The notes under the pieces: model-generated
Told to the model about the DNA's origin: nothing
Database searches by the model: none
What the model saw: the letters and a program-made list of their open reading frames with translations, nothing else
Translations under genes and position numbers: made by a program
Part shown: piece after piece, positions 7,689 through 17,016 of the stretch
Layout: every line of letters begins with the position of its first letter
How positions within the stretch are numbered: position 1 is the stretch's first letter
Assembly (NCBI GenBank): GCA_963665465.1
Contig: OY762226.1
Coordinates: 5,713,612 to 5,777,611 of the forward strand
DNA length: 64,000 nucleotides
Source of the DNA: Vicinamibacterales bacterium
GTDB taxonomy: Bacteria > Acidobacteriota > Vicinamibacteria > Vicinamibacterales > UBA8438
Reading direction: 5' to 3'

Positions 7689-8861
7689 TCAGGCGATGCT
7701 CACCGTGCGCGGGAACTGCTGGTGGTTCTCGAGGCCCGTCTGCTTGAACTCCAGCTCCTCGGCGGTCGGCTGGACCCGGCCCTCGGCGTCGGTGGCGCGC
7801 GAGACGAGCGTGTGCTCGCCCGGGGTGGCGCCGTCCCAGTCGTAGCGGAACAGCTTCCAGGAGTAGGTGTCGGAGGCGGTGGCGGCATCCAGGGTGGCGG
7901 GCTGCCAGGCGCCGCCGTCCACGCTGACCTCGACGGACCGCAGCGGCGTGCCGTCGTGGAGCACGAAGCCGTGGACCGTGTGGCGGCCGCCCGAGCTCGT
8001 CACGCGCGCGATCACCGACTTGACGCGCAGGCGGGTGATCTCGGTCTCGTGGTAGCTCACCTCGCCGTCGATCTCCTCGGCCCACAGCGTGCGGTACCAG
8101 CGCGCCTGCCACTTGCCCAGGAAGCGGTCCTGCTGGGCCCGGATGTGGGTCAGCCACTTGACGTTGCTGACGCCGTACCAGCCGGGCACCACGAGGCGCA
8201 GGGGGAAGCCCTGGTCGAGGGTCAGCGGCTCGCCGTTGAGCGCGTAGGCCAGCAGCGGGTCGGGCGCCAGCGCGTCGGTGCGCGACATGCTGCGGGCGAA
8301 CGGCTGGTCCACCGCGTGGGTCTGCCCGCGGAAGTCGACCATCTCTTCGCCATGGTCCGCGCCGACGAAGACCAGCTCGCGGGCGAGGTCGCGCAGGCCG
8401 ACGTGCTCGAGCACCGTGCGCAGGCGGACGCCGGTCCAGCGGCCGTTGCTGGCCAGCCCCTGAATCACCCGGGGGCTGTTGCCGGAGCACTCGAAGCCGG
8501 CGACGGTCTCGTCGCTGCCCATGCCGCGCAGGTCGGCCAGCGACAGCTCGGCCGGCCGCTCGACCAGGCCGCTCACCTTCAGGCTGAATGTGTCCGCCGC
8601 AATCTCCGGCTTGTCGAAGTGCTGGATGGTGTAGAAGTCGTCCCGGGACGTGAGCGGCCCCGCGATCGTCCGGATGTCCAGGACCCGCCGCGTCGGTCCG
8701 AGCGCCGCCCGGCCATAGTCGTCGGGGACGTCGGTGAACGGCACGAGCACCTCGTCCTGGGCCAGCGCCGGCAGGGCCCATTCCGGCAGGCCGATCATGC
8801 CCAGCCCGGCGGCGGCGAGGCCGCCCTTCAGTAGCGTTCGACGGGTCGTCTGGTTCGCCAT
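7689..8861 (-). CDS. Sulfite-oxidase-family molybdopterin oxidoreductase (TAT-exported)
   Basis: GGAAGGA RBS precedes ATG 8861. TAT signal is MANQTTRRTLLKGGLAAAGLG. The core reads FYTIQHFDKPEI...VAGFECSGNSPR...RWTGVRLRTVL and there is a C-terminal dimerisation-type domain, the pattern of SorA/sulfite-oxidase-like Mo enzymes. Confidence 0.8.
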   Translation of the reverse strand: MANQTTRRTLLKGGLAAAGLGMIGLPEWALPALAQDEVLVPFTDVPDDYGRAALGPTRRVLDIRTIAGPLTSRDDFYTIQHFDKPEIAADTFSLKVSGLVERPAELSLADLRGMGSDETVAGFECSGNSPRVIQGLASNGRWTGVRLRTVLEHVGLRDLARELVFVGADHGEEMVDFRGQTHAVDQPFARSMSRTDALAPDPLLAYALNGEPLTLDQGFPLRLVVPGWYGVSNVKWLTHIRAQQDRFLGKWQARWYRTLWAEEIDGEVSYHETEITRLRVKSVIARVTSSGGRHTVHGFVLHDGTPLRSVEVSVDGGAWQPATLDAATASDTYSWKLFRYDWDGATPGEHTLVSRATDAEGRVQPTAEELEFKQTGLENHQQFPRTVSIA

Positions 8862-8936
8862 CGTCTCATTCCTTCCGCTCGGATCGGTCGCCGCGACGTT
8901 CACGCGGTGCAGATTACCACAGTCCGGCAGCCTGCC

Positions 8937-9833
8937 TCAGAACGCGTAGCGCACCGTTACCGAGAGTCCATGGCCGGCGAGATCGGCGGTCGTCCCGGCC
9001 AGTGCGATCTCCAGCGGTTCGCGGCTGCCGTCGCGCCACACGATGCGGCCGGCGCCGCGCCCGGTGTCGATGCCGCCCAGGTGCGTGTAGCGCCAGGCGA
9101 CGTCGAGCGTCGCCCGCGGCCCCAGCGCGGTCGCGACGCCCGCTGCCGGCATCCAGGCCAGGCCGAGCCGCCTCGCGCCCGGAACCACGGTGGTCGTGCG
9201 CGGAAACGCCATGCGGGTCTCGCCGATCGCGATGCGCGACAGGCCGAGGCCGCCGCCGACGAACGGGCTGAAGGGACCGAGCCGGGGCAGGCCGAGCGCC
9301 GGCAGGTCCAGGTACGCGGCCAGCATGCCGGAGACCGCGGAGACCTCGGCCGTGACCGCCTGCCCGCCGGTGGTCTGGACGAAGTTTGCCTGTCCTTCGA
9401 ACGCGACCCGAGGGCGCTGCGAGACGACGGCTTCGAGCCGCAGGGCCGCTCCCGCCGCGTAGCCGATTCCCAGCTCGTAGCCTGCCGTCGTGCCGAAGGC
9501 GCCGAGCGTGCTCAGCGGCATGCCGTCGAGCCCCGTGCCGCACCCGTAAAGGGCGGCCGGGGACGTGCTGGCACAGTCCCGGTCGGTGAAGCGCGCGCGG
9601 TCGGGCCGGTCGAGCAGGACGCCTGCGCGCAGATAGAAGTCGTCCGCCGCCCGGGCCGGCTGTGCGGACGCGGTCGCCGCGGTGGCCGCCAGGACGGCTG
9701 CCGCCGCCGCAGTCCCGAGGCGTGCCGCGCCGCCGCGCCTGCTGGTCAGGTTGCTGGAGATGACGAACCTCCCCGTTGCCGCGCGAGCGGATCGGGACGG
9801 GGCTATAATGCCCTGTCCGGCTCGATTCCGCAC
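8937..9833 (-). CDS. Outer-membrane beta-barrel protein (OMP_b-brl type)
   Basis: Alternating beta-strand pattern with a C-terminal ...SVTVRYAF ending in Phe and a signal-like AAAAAVLAATAATASAQ. The start is uncertain: GGGAGG sits just upstream of codons TTC GTC ATC with no ATG/GTG/TTG nearby, so either the distant ATG 9833 or a non-canonical start is used. Confidence 0.7.
   Translation of the reverse strand: MRNRAGQGIIAPSRSARAATGRFVISSNLTSRRGGAARLGTAAAAAVLAATAATASAQPARAADDFYLRAGVLLDRPDRARFTDRDCASTSPAALYGCGTGLDGMPLSTLGAFGTTAGYELGIGYAAGAALRLEAVVSQRPRVAFEGQANFVQTTGGQAVTAEVSAVSGMLAAYLDLPALGLPRLGPFSPFVGGGLGLSRIAIGETRMAFPRTTTVVPGARRLGLAWMPAAGVATALGPRATLDVAWRYTHLGGIDTGRGAGRIVWRDGSREPLEIALAGTTADLAGHGLSVTVRYAF
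9804..9809 (+). promoter_or_regulatory. -10 hexamer TATAAT upstream of the LON-domain gene
   Basis: A perfect TATAAT lies 38 nt upstream of ATG 9848, and the gene has its own GGGGGGAGGA RBS. Confidence 0.4.
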
Positions 9834-9847
9834 GGGGGGAGGATCTG

Positions 9848-10528
9848 ATGACGGCAGCCAGACTCGCGTGCGCGGCGGTGACGGCCGGCCTGCTCTCGAT
9901 GCCGGTCGGCGCGTCGGCCCAGCCGGGAGCCGGGCTGCCGGCGGCGATTCCCCTCTTCCCGCTGCAGGACGTCATGCTGTTTCCGGACATGTCGCGGCCC
10001 CTGCACATCTTCGAGCCGCGCTACCGCGACATGGTGACCGATGCGGTCCAGGGCGACGGACTGATCGGGATGGTCATGCTCCAACCCGGCCACGAGGCGG
10101 ACTACGAGGGCAATCCACCGATCTTCGAGGTCGGCTGCGCGGGCGAGATCGTCCAGGCCGAGGAGCTCGATGACGGCCGCTGGCTCATTCTGCTGGAGGG
10201 GACGGTCCGCTTTCGCGTACTGAGCGAGGACCACAGCCGCTCGTACCGCATGGCCGACGTCGAGGCGCTCGCCGAGCGGAACGACGCGGACGACCGGCGG
10301 GTGCTGCGCGGCTATCGCGAGCAGCTCGCCGAGGTGTTCACCGCCATGGCGCCCAGCCGCGACGAGCCGCCCGAGGACGTGTCGGACGCGGATCTGGTCA
10401 ACGCGCTCTCGCAGTTCCTGACGCTCGCTCCCGAGGACCGCCAGGCGCTGCTCGAGGCGGATGGGCCGCGCGCGCGCGCCGAGGCGCTGTTCGAGCTGGT
10501 CGGCGAGCCGGCCGGAGGCGGGCGGTGA
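9848..10528 (+). CDS. LON N-terminal substrate-binding domain protein
   Basis: IPLFPLQDVMLFPDMSRPLHIFEPRYRDMV is the hallmark start of the Lon protease N-terminal (LON_substr_bdg) domain. There is no AAA+ or protease domain. Confidence 0.8.
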   Translation: MTAARLACAAVTAGLLSMPVGASAQPGAGLPAAIPLFPLQDVMLFPDMSRPLHIFEPRYRDMVTDAVQGDGLIGMVMLQPGHEADYEGNPPIFEVGCAGEIVQAEELDDGRWLILLEGTVRFRVLSEDHSRSYRMADVEALAERNDADDRRVLRGYREQLAEVFTAMAPSRDEPPEDVSDADLVNALSQFLTLAPEDRQALLEADGPRARAEALFELVGEPAGGGR

Positions 10529-11574
10529 ACCCGGAGCGCCGCGCGGCGCGCGCCGCGCGCATGCCGCTGCTGCTTGCCGCGCTGGTGCTGGCGCCGCTCG
10601 TGGGGGGCGCCCAGGCCGTGGCGCCGGGACCGCAGCGAACAGCCTGGGGCGACCCCGATTTGCAGGGCGTCTGGGACTTCCGCACGATCACGCCCATGGA
10701 GCGGCCGGCGGAGCTGGCCGGCAGGGCGCTGCTGACGGCGGAGGAGGCCGCCAGCTTCGAGGCGCGCGAGAACCGCCGCCAGAACCGCGACCTGGTCGAC
10801 CCGGCGCAGGGCGGGGCCATCTATCCGCCGGCCTCGGAAGGCGGGGTCGTGCCGTACAACGAGTTCTGGTACGACCGCGGCTCGTCGCTCGCGGAGGGCG
10901 GCCGGACCTCGCTCATCGTCGATCCGCCGGACGGACGGCTTCCGCCGTTGGTGCCGGGAACGTCGCAGCAGGGGCGCGCGGTGAGCGCCGACGTCGCCGG
11001 CGAACGTCCCGTCCGGTTCCGCAGCGGCGGCATCGGGGCGGACGGTCCGGAGGACCGGGCGCTCGGCGAGCGCTGCCTGCTCGGCTTCAACGCCGGGCCG
11101 CCGGTGATTCCCAGCGCCTACAACAACACGCTGCAGGTGTTGCAGACGCCGGACCACGTGGTGATTCTGAACGAGATGATCCACGACGCCCGCATCGTGC
11201 CGCTGGATGGCCGCGCGCATCTCCCGCCGTCGATCCGGCAATGGATGGGTGATTCCCGCGGGCGCTGGGAAGGCGACACGCTGGTGGTCGAGACCACCAA
11301 TTTCGGCGACAAGACGTCGAGCTTCAATCCGACGATTCAGAGCGCCGTCGGCACGGGCGTCACGCTGCAGCTCGTGGAACGCTTCACGCGGACCGGCGCG
11401 GGCGCGCTGCGCTACGAGTTCACCGTGGACGATCCCCACACCTTCACGCGGCCGTTCACCGGCGTCATTCCCATGCGGACGGCCGACGGACCGCTCTTCG
11501 AGTACGCCTGCCACGAAGGCAACTACGGGATGTTCAATCTCCTCGCCGGCGCCCGCGCGCAGGAAGGACGGTGA
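10525..11574 (+). CDS. Secreted protein, paralog family copy P4
   Basis: GTG 10525 overlaps the upstream stop (GTGA), with GGAGG 6 nt upstream. Signal peptide, then QRTAWGDPDLQGVW, TPMERP, GRTSLIVDPPDGRLP, ERCL, LQVLQTPDHVVILNEMIHDARIVPLDGRAH, GDSRGRWEGDTLVVETTNF and FEYACHEGNY. Confidence 0.85.
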   Translation: MNPERRAARAARMPLLLAALVLAPLVGGAQAVAPGPQRTAWGDPDLQGVWDFRTITPMERPAELAGRALLTAEEAASFEARENRRQNRDLVDPAQGGAIYPPASEGGVVPYNEFWYDRGSSLAEGGRTSLIVDPPDGRLPPLVPGTSQQGRAVSADVAGERPVRFRSGGIGADGPEDRALGERCLLGFNAGPPVIPSAYNNTLQVLQTPDHVVILNEMIHDARIVPLDGRAHLPPSIRQWMGDSRGRWEGDTLVVETTNFGDKTSSFNPTIQSAVGTGVTLQLVERFTRTGAGALRYEFTVDDPHTFTRPFTGVIPMRTADGPLFEYACHEGNYGMFNLLAGARAQEGR

Positions 11575-11624
11575 CGCGCCCGGCGCAGGGCGCGCACGCG
11601 CACGGATCGCCGACGGGGGAGAGG

Positions 11625-12905
11625 ATGGATGCGATGAGGATGTCAACGATGCGCCGGGTGGCCGTGGCGCTTCCGCTGCTCGCGGCGCTCGGACTGCCCG
11701 GCGCGGGCAATCCGGGCCTCGCGGTCGTCAGCGGCCAGGCGGGAGCCGCCGCTGCCACCCCGTTCACCATCGACGTGCCGGACCCGGTGCTCGACGATCT
11801 GCAGCGGCGGCTGGTCCGCGCCCGCTTTCCGGACGAGCTCGACGGGGCGGGCTGGACGCACGGCACCGACCTGGCCTATCTGCGGCAGCTCGTCGAGTAC
11901 TGGCGGGACGGATACGACTGGCGCGCGCAGGAGCGCACGCTGAACGAGTTCCCGCAGTTCACCATGGACGTCGACGGGCTGGACGTGCACTTCATCCATC
12001 GCCGCTCGCCGGAGCCGGATGCGCTGCCGATCGTGCTGATCCACGGCTGGCCGGGCACCTTCTTCGAGTTCTGGAAGACGGTCGATCGGCTCGCCGATCC
12101 GGTCGCCCACGGCGGGAATGCCGAGGACGCCTTCCACGTGGTGGTCCCGTCGCTGCCCGGCTACGGATTCTCGGAGCGCCCGCGCCGGATGGGGCACTCG
12201 CGGCAGCGGACGGCGCGCATGTTCATGGAGGTGATGGCACGGCTCGGCTACGAGCGCTACGCCGTCCAGGCGGGTGACGTGGGCGCCAGCGTCGCCCACA
12301 ACATGGCTGTGTACGACGCGGACCACGTGGTGGGGTTGCACCTCAACAGCTGCGGCGGCTCGCCGCCCGACCCGGACAATCCGAACGCCGGCCTGACGGA
12401 GGCGGAGATCGAGCGGCTGCGCGAGCGCCGCGAGTACTTCAGTGACGAGGAGCGGGGCTATCAGCGCATCCAGGCGACCCGGCCGCAGACGCTCGGCTAC
12501 GGGCTGAACGATTCGCCCGTGGGTCTGGCCGCCTGGATCGTCGAGAAGTACCGCACCTGGTGCGACTGCAGCGGCGATCCGGAGGCCATCTTCACCAGGG
12601 ACGAGCTGCTGACCACGGTGATGATCTACTGGGCGACCGAGACCGCCACCTCCGCGGCCCGCTACTACTACGAGGGCCAGCATATTCCCGAGCCGCCGTA
12701 CGTGCCGCCGACCGACAGGGTGGAGGTGCCGACCGGCTGCACCGTCTTCCCCGGCGAGCTCGGCTTCAGCCCGCGGAGCTGGGCGGAGACCCGCTACAAC
12801 GTCCAGCGGTTCACGTACATGGAGCGCGGCGGGCATTTCGCGGCGCTGGAGCAGCCGGAGCTGTTCGCCGACGAGCTGCGGGCGTTCTACCGCGAGCTGC
12901 GCTAG
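11625..12905 (+). CDS. Epoxide hydrolase (microsomal EH-like alpha/beta hydrolase with EHN domain)
   Basis: FTIDVPDPVLDDLQRRLVRARFPDE...GTDLAYLRQLVEYWRDGYDWRAQERTLNEFPQF...VHFIHRRS...PIVLIHGWPGTFFEF is the typical epoxide hydrolase N-terminal domain plus the HGWP oxyanion motif. Start was chosen after GGGGGAGAGG; ATGs at 11634, 11640 and 11649 are alternatives. Confidence 0.8.
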   Translation: MDAMRMSTMRRVAVALPLLAALGLPGAGNPGLAVVSGQAGAAAATPFTIDVPDPVLDDLQRRLVRARFPDELDGAGWTHGTDLAYLRQLVEYWRDGYDWRAQERTLNEFPQFTMDVDGLDVHFIHRRSPEPDALPIVLIHGWPGTFFEFWKTVDRLADPVAHGGNAEDAFHVVVPSLPGYGFSERPRRMGHSRQRTARMFMEVMARLGYERYAVQAGDVGASVAHNMAVYDADHVVGLHLNSCGGSPPDPDNPNAGLTEAEIERLRERREYFSDEERGYQRIQATRPQTLGYGLNDSPVGLAAWIVEKYRTWCDCSGDPEAIFTRDELLTTVMIYWATETATSAARYYYEGQHIPEPPYVPPTDRVEVPTGCTVFPGELGFSPRSWAETRYNVQRFTYMERGGHFAALEQPELFADELRAFYRELR

Positions 12906-13014
12906 CGACGGCCAGCGACGGCCCAGCGCAAGGACCCGGAGGCAACCGACGCTCCGCATCCGTCCCGCACGCCGCAGCCCGGACGGCCGGCGCCGGCATC
13001 CGGCCCGCTCGTGG

Positions 13015-15294
13015 TTGCCGCTGGCGCTGGCGCTGCCGTGGGCGGCCGCGCAGGCCGCCGCCGCGCAGCCTCCCGCCGGACCCGTCGATGCCGACTTGCC
13101 GGTCGTCATCCAGGGGCCGCCGCCGCCGGAGCCGCCGGCCGTGTTCACCCGCGACGCCGCCGGCCGCATGACCATCCGCGCCATCCGCCTCGCCGAGCCG
13201 CTAAACATCGACGGCACGCTGGACGAGCCCCTCTACCGGGACGTGCCCGGGATGACCGACTTCGTGCAGGTCGAGCCCATCGAGGGCGCTCCCGCCACGG
13301 AACAGACCGAGATCTGGCTGGCGTTCGACGGCGACAACGTCTACATCAGCGGCCGCTGCTGGGACTCGGCGCCGGAGTCGCGCTGGATCGCCAACGAGCT
13401 GCGCCGCGACAGCTTCAACATCGGCCAGAACGAGTACATCGACATCGTGCTCGACACCTTCTACGACCGCCGCAACGGCATCAACCTGACGGTCAATCCG
13501 CTCGGCGGCCGGATGGACGGGCAGATCACCGACGAGCGGGACTACAGCGCGGACTGGAATCCCATCTGGTCCGTGCGGGCGGGGCGGTTCCCCGGCGGGT
13601 GGACGTTCGAGTCGGCGATTCCGTTCAAGTCCCTGCGCTACCGTCCGGGGCGGACGCAGGTGTGGGGGTTCAGCCTCACCCGCAAGGTGCGCTGGAAGAA
13701 CGAGCTGTCGTCGCTCGTGCCGCTGCCCATCTCGCGCGGCATCATGCTGATCTCGCAGGCCGCGACCGTGGTCGGCATCGAGGCGCCCGACGGCGGGGGG
13801 CGCGTGCTCGAGATCAAGCCGTACGCCATCGCGGACGTGACGACGAATCGTGCCGCGGTGCCGGCGCTCTCGAACGAGCTGCACGCCGAGGCCGGGCTCG
13901 ACGTGAAGTACGCGCTGACGCAGAACCTGGTTGCGGACGCCACCGTCAACACCGACTTCGCCCAGGTGGAGGTCGACGAGCAGCAGGTCAACCTCACGCG
14001 CTTCGGCCTGTTCTATCCCGAGAAACGCGAGTTCTTTCTGGAGAACCAGGGCGTCTTCGCGTTCGGCGGAACGGCGAACAACCTGTACGGGGACGCCAGC
14101 GTCAACGTGCCCATCCTGTTCTACAGCCGCCGCATCGGCCTCGAAGAGCACGGCGCCGTCGCGGCCGAGGTGCCGATGGAGGCGGGCGGACGGCTGACCG
14201 GCCGGCTGGGCGCGTTCAGCGTCGGCGCCCTGCACATCCGGACCGGCGATCAGCCCAGGACCGACACGGTCGCCACCGACTTCTCGGTGATGCGCATCAA
14301 GCGCGACGTCCTGCGTCGCAGCAGCATCGGCGCGCTGGTGGCCCGGCGCTCCGTCTCGCGCCGGGGCGCGGGGGGCAACGACACGTACGGCCTGGACGGG
14401 ACGTTCTCGTTCTACGACGACCTGAACATCAACACCTACTGGGCGCGCACCGCCACCGCGGGCATGCAGGACGAGCTCAGCTACCGGGCGCAGCTCGACT
14501 ACGCCGGCGACCGCTACGGCGTGCAGCTCGAGCGGCTCGTGGTGGGGCGCGGGTTCAATCCGGAGATCGGGTTCCTGCGGCGGGACGACTTCGACGGGAG
14601 CTTCGCCGCGCTGCGCTTCAGCCCGCGTCCGGCGTCCATCGAGGCCATCCGCCAACTGACCTGGGAGGGCCGCGTCGACCACATCGCGGACCGCGCCGGC
14701 CTGCTCGAGACGCGCGAGCAGATCGCGCACTTCGGCGTCGAGTTCGAGAACAGCGACCTGTTCGACGTCTTCTACACCCGCAGCTACGAGTTCCTGAAGG
14801 AGCCGTTCCACATCGCGCCGGACGTCGTGCTGCCGGTGGACGGCTACGACTTCCAGCAGGTGGAGGTCTCGTTCGCTTTCGGCCAGCAGCGGCCTTTCGC
14901 CGGCTCGCTGGGCGTCCAGCGGGGCTCGTTCTACGGCGGGGACAAGACCACCGTCAATCTGGCGCAGGGACGGCTCGAGATCACGCCGCAGCTGTCGCTC
15001 GAGCCCAGCGTCTCGTTCAACTGGATCGATCTGCCCCAGGGGCGGTTCTCGACCGAGCTGGTGACGACCCGGACGACGTACACGCTGTCGCCGTTGATGT
15101 TCGTCAGCGCGCTCGTGCAATACAACTCCAGCAACGCGTCGCTCGGCGCGAACGTGCGCCTGCGCTGGGAGTATCAGCCGGGCAGCGAGCTGTTCGTCGT
15201 GTACAACGAGGCGCGGGACACGCTGCGGCCGGGGCGTCCCGAGCTGCGTGACCGCGCGCTCATCATCAAGATCAACCGGTTGTTCCGGCTGTGA
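13015..15294 (+). CDS. DUF5916 / carbohydrate-binding family 9-like domain protein (probable outer-membrane barrel)
   Basis: IDGTLDEPLY...TDFVQVEPIEGAPATEQTEIWLAFDGDNVYISGRCWD...NDSF...DTFYDRRNG matches CBM9-like N-domains fused to the large DUF5916 beta-rich region. The TTG start comes from the ORF track and the true start is uncertain. Confidence 0.7.
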   Translation: MPLALALPWAAAQAAAAQPPAGPVDADLPVVIQGPPPPEPPAVFTRDAAGRMTIRAIRLAEPLNIDGTLDEPLYRDVPGMTDFVQVEPIEGAPATEQTEIWLAFDGDNVYISGRCWDSAPESRWIANELRRDSFNIGQNEYIDIVLDTFYDRRNGINLTVNPLGGRMDGQITDERDYSADWNPIWSVRAGRFPGGWTFESAIPFKSLRYRPGRTQVWGFSLTRKVRWKNELSSLVPLPISRGIMLISQAATVVGIEAPDGGGRVLEIKPYAIADVTTNRAAVPALSNELHAEAGLDVKYALTQNLVADATVNTDFAQVEVDEQQVNLTRFGLFYPEKREFFLENQGVFAFGGTANNLYGDASVNVPILFYSRRIGLEEHGAVAAEVPMEAGGRLTGRLGAFSVGALHIRTGDQPRTDTVATDFSVMRIKRDVLRRSSIGALVARRSVSRRGAGGNDTYGLDGTFSFYDDLNINTYWARTATAGMQDELSYRAQLDYAGDRYGVQLERLVVGRGFNPEIGFLRRDDFDGSFAALRFSPRPASIEAIRQLTWEGRVDHIADRAGLLETREQIAHFGVEFENSDLFDVFYTRSYEFLKEPFHIAPDVVLPVDGYDFQQVEVSFAFGQQRPFAGSLGVQRGSFYGGDKTTVNLAQGRLEITPQLSLEPSVSFNWIDLPQGRFSTELVTTRTTYTLSPLMFVSALVQYNSSNASLGANVRLRWEYQPGSELFVVYNEARDTLRPGRPELRDRALIIKINRLFRL

Positions 15295-15313
15295 ATCTGC
15301 AGGGGAGGTCGAG

Positions 15314-15817
15314 ATGCGACGCATGTTGGGATGTCTGGCGATAGCGCTCGCGGTGGCGGCAACGGTCGTCGCGGCACAGGAGGGCGAGCAGGGGGCCGAT
15401 CCGTTCAACGGGACCTGGCGCCTGAACATCGAGAAGACGAAGGAGCTGTCCGGCGGCACGTCGCCGGTGCACGAGATCATCACGTTCCGGATCGGCGACG
15501 ACGGGGTGCAGCACTATCAGGTCGAGATCCGGAGCAGCGAGGACGAGCCGCTGCGCAAGGGCTGGTACGACTCGGAGTACAACGAGGCGAAGTTCGTGCC
15601 GTACAACGGCACAGTCTATCCGGAAGGCGCCGGCATGGAGGTCATGACGGTCAAGGTCGACGAGCGGACGCACTACCGCATCGCCCGGACCCGTGAGGGC
15701 GAGGCGCGCTACGTCATGATGCGGCGGCTCGCCGAGGACGGGCAGTCGTACATCTCGGCCGGCTTGCGGACAGACGGCTCGCCGGGGCTGTACCGCTGGA
15801 TGGAGCGGGTGGAATAG
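15314..15817 (+). CDS. Small secreted hypothetical protein
   Basis: GGGGAGG RBS precedes ATG 15314. Signal MRRMLGCLAIALAVAATVVAAQ. I recognise no family. Confidence 0.6.
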   Translation: MRRMLGCLAIALAVAATVVAAQEGEQGADPFNGTWRLNIEKTKELSGGTSPVHEIITFRIGDDGVQHYQVEIRSSEDEPLRKGWYDSEYNEAKFVPYNGTVYPEGAGMEVMTVKVDERTHYRIARTREGEARYVMMRRLAEDGQSYISAGLRTDGSPGLYRWMERVE

Positions 15818-15834
15818 CGCTCCGGGGAGGAACC

Positions 15835-16335
15835 GTGCGAACACGACATTTCGTAGCGGCTGCGGCGCTGGTGGGCGTCGGTGCTGCGATCGGGTGGAGC
15901 TCGGCACCGGTGAACACCGCCGCGGCCGAGGGGACGCTCACGGCGCAGGACTACGCCGAGATCGAGCAGCTCTACTGGCGCTACAACCATGGCGGCGACT
16001 TCCGGGACAGCGAGCTGTGGCTGTCGGCGTTCACGGACGACGCGGTCTTCACCGTGGTGGGCCAGCGGACGCTCCGCGGCAGGGCGGAGCTCGAGGCGAT
16101 GCGCGCGGAGCGGGACGCCGGCCACGGCGACCGGGGGCGGCGTCACTGGAACAACGGCTGGCGCATCGTGCCGACGCCGGACGGCGCCGCGGCCCGCGTC
16201 TACTGGCTCGTGGTGGACGTCGGCACCGGGACGCCGACCACCGACCGGTCCGGCTACTACGACGACCGGTACGTCAGGACCGCGGACGGCTGGCGCATCG
16301 AGGAACGGATCATCACCTTCGACAGCGCCGGGTAG
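15835..16335 (+). CDS. SnoaL-like / NTF2-fold protein, copy 1
   Basis: GGGGAGGA precedes GTG 15835. N-terminal membrane/signal segment, then TAQDYAEIEQLYWRYNHGGDF...YWLVVD...GYYDDRYVRTADGWRIEERI, typical of SnoaL_4/NTF2-like proteins. Confidence 0.7.
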   Translation: MRTRHFVAAAALVGVGAAIGWSSAPVNTAAAEGTLTAQDYAEIEQLYWRYNHGGDFRDSELWLSAFTDDAVFTVVGQRTLRGRAELEAMRAERDAGHGDRGRRHWNNGWRIVPTPDGAAARVYWLVVDVGTGTPTTDRSGYYDDRYVRTADGWRIEERIITFDSAG

Positions 16336-16374
16336 CGCGCTGTGCGTACGCAACCAGGGAGAAGAGGGGGAATC

Positions 16375-16875
16375 GTGAAGACAAGACATCTGTTGGCCGC
16401 AGCGGCGCTGGTCGCAGTCGGCGTCGCAATCGGCTGGATCTCGGCACCGGTGAACACCGCCGCGGCCGAGGGGACGCTCACGGCGCAGGACTACGCCGAG
16501 ATCGAGCAGCTCTACTGGCGCTACAACCACGGCGCCGACTTCCGGGACGGCGATCTGTTCGTGTCGGCATTCGCCGCTGACGCGGTGTTCGAGGTCGGCG
16601 GGCAGAAGATCACGGGCCGGGACGAGCTCACCGCCTACCGCGTCGAGCGGCACGCGGGGCAGAGCGGCGACACCGGGCGCCGCCACTGGAACAACAGTTG
16701 GCGGATCGTGCCGACCGCCGACGGCGCCGAGGCGCGCGTCTACTGGATCCTGGTGGACGTCAGCGGCGGGGCGCCGGATACGGTTGCGTCCGGCTACTAC
16801 GACGACACGTACGTCAAGACTGCCGAGGGCTGGCGGTTCAAGACGCGGACCATCAGCGCCGACCGCGCCGGCTAG
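16375..16875 (+). CDS. SnoaL-like / NTF2-fold protein, copy 2 (tandem duplicate)
   Basis: GTG 16375 follows GGGGGAA. It is a close paralog of copy 1 and shares an 89-nt identical stretch (15901-15989 = 16441-16529). Confidence 0.7.
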   Translation: MKTRHLLAAAALVAVGVAIGWISAPVNTAAAEGTLTAQDYAEIEQLYWRYNHGADFRDGDLFVSAFAADAVFEVGGQKITGRDELTAYRVERHAGQSGDTGRRHWNNSWRIVPTADGAEARVYWILVDVSGGAPDTVASGYYDDTYVKTAEGWRFKTRTISADRAG

Positions 16876-16916
16876 ACTGGGCGTCCGCGCCGTAGAACGG
16901 CGTAGACGCCGCGCGG

Positions 16917-16991
16917 CGCGCCTCGGTGGGCGCTCGCGGGGCACCGGGTCCCCGCGAGCGCCCGCCGGGGGTTCGGGGCGCAGCCCCGTCT
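16917..16991 (+). repeat. Dispersed GC-rich intergenic repeat, copy A (divergent centre, conserved 3' hairpin CGGGGCGCAGCCCCG)
   Basis: It shares CGCGCCTCGG at the 5' end and GCCGGGGGTTCGGGGCGCAGCCCCGTCT at the 3' end with copies at 21579-21655 and 36709-36785. The centre forms an 11-bp perfect palindrome CGCTCGCGGGG/CCCCGCGAGCG. Confidence 0.75.
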
Positions 16992-16996
16992 GATTG

Positions 16997-17016
16997 GAGC
17001 CGGCCGGGGCCGGCTC
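16997..17016. terminator. Perfect palindrome GAGCCGGCC-GG-GGCCGGCTC between convergent genes (possible bidirectional terminator, no T-run)
   Basis: Read directly from the sequence. It lies between the + strand SnoaL gene (end 16875) and the stop of the - strand SnoaL gene (17015). Confidence 0.3.
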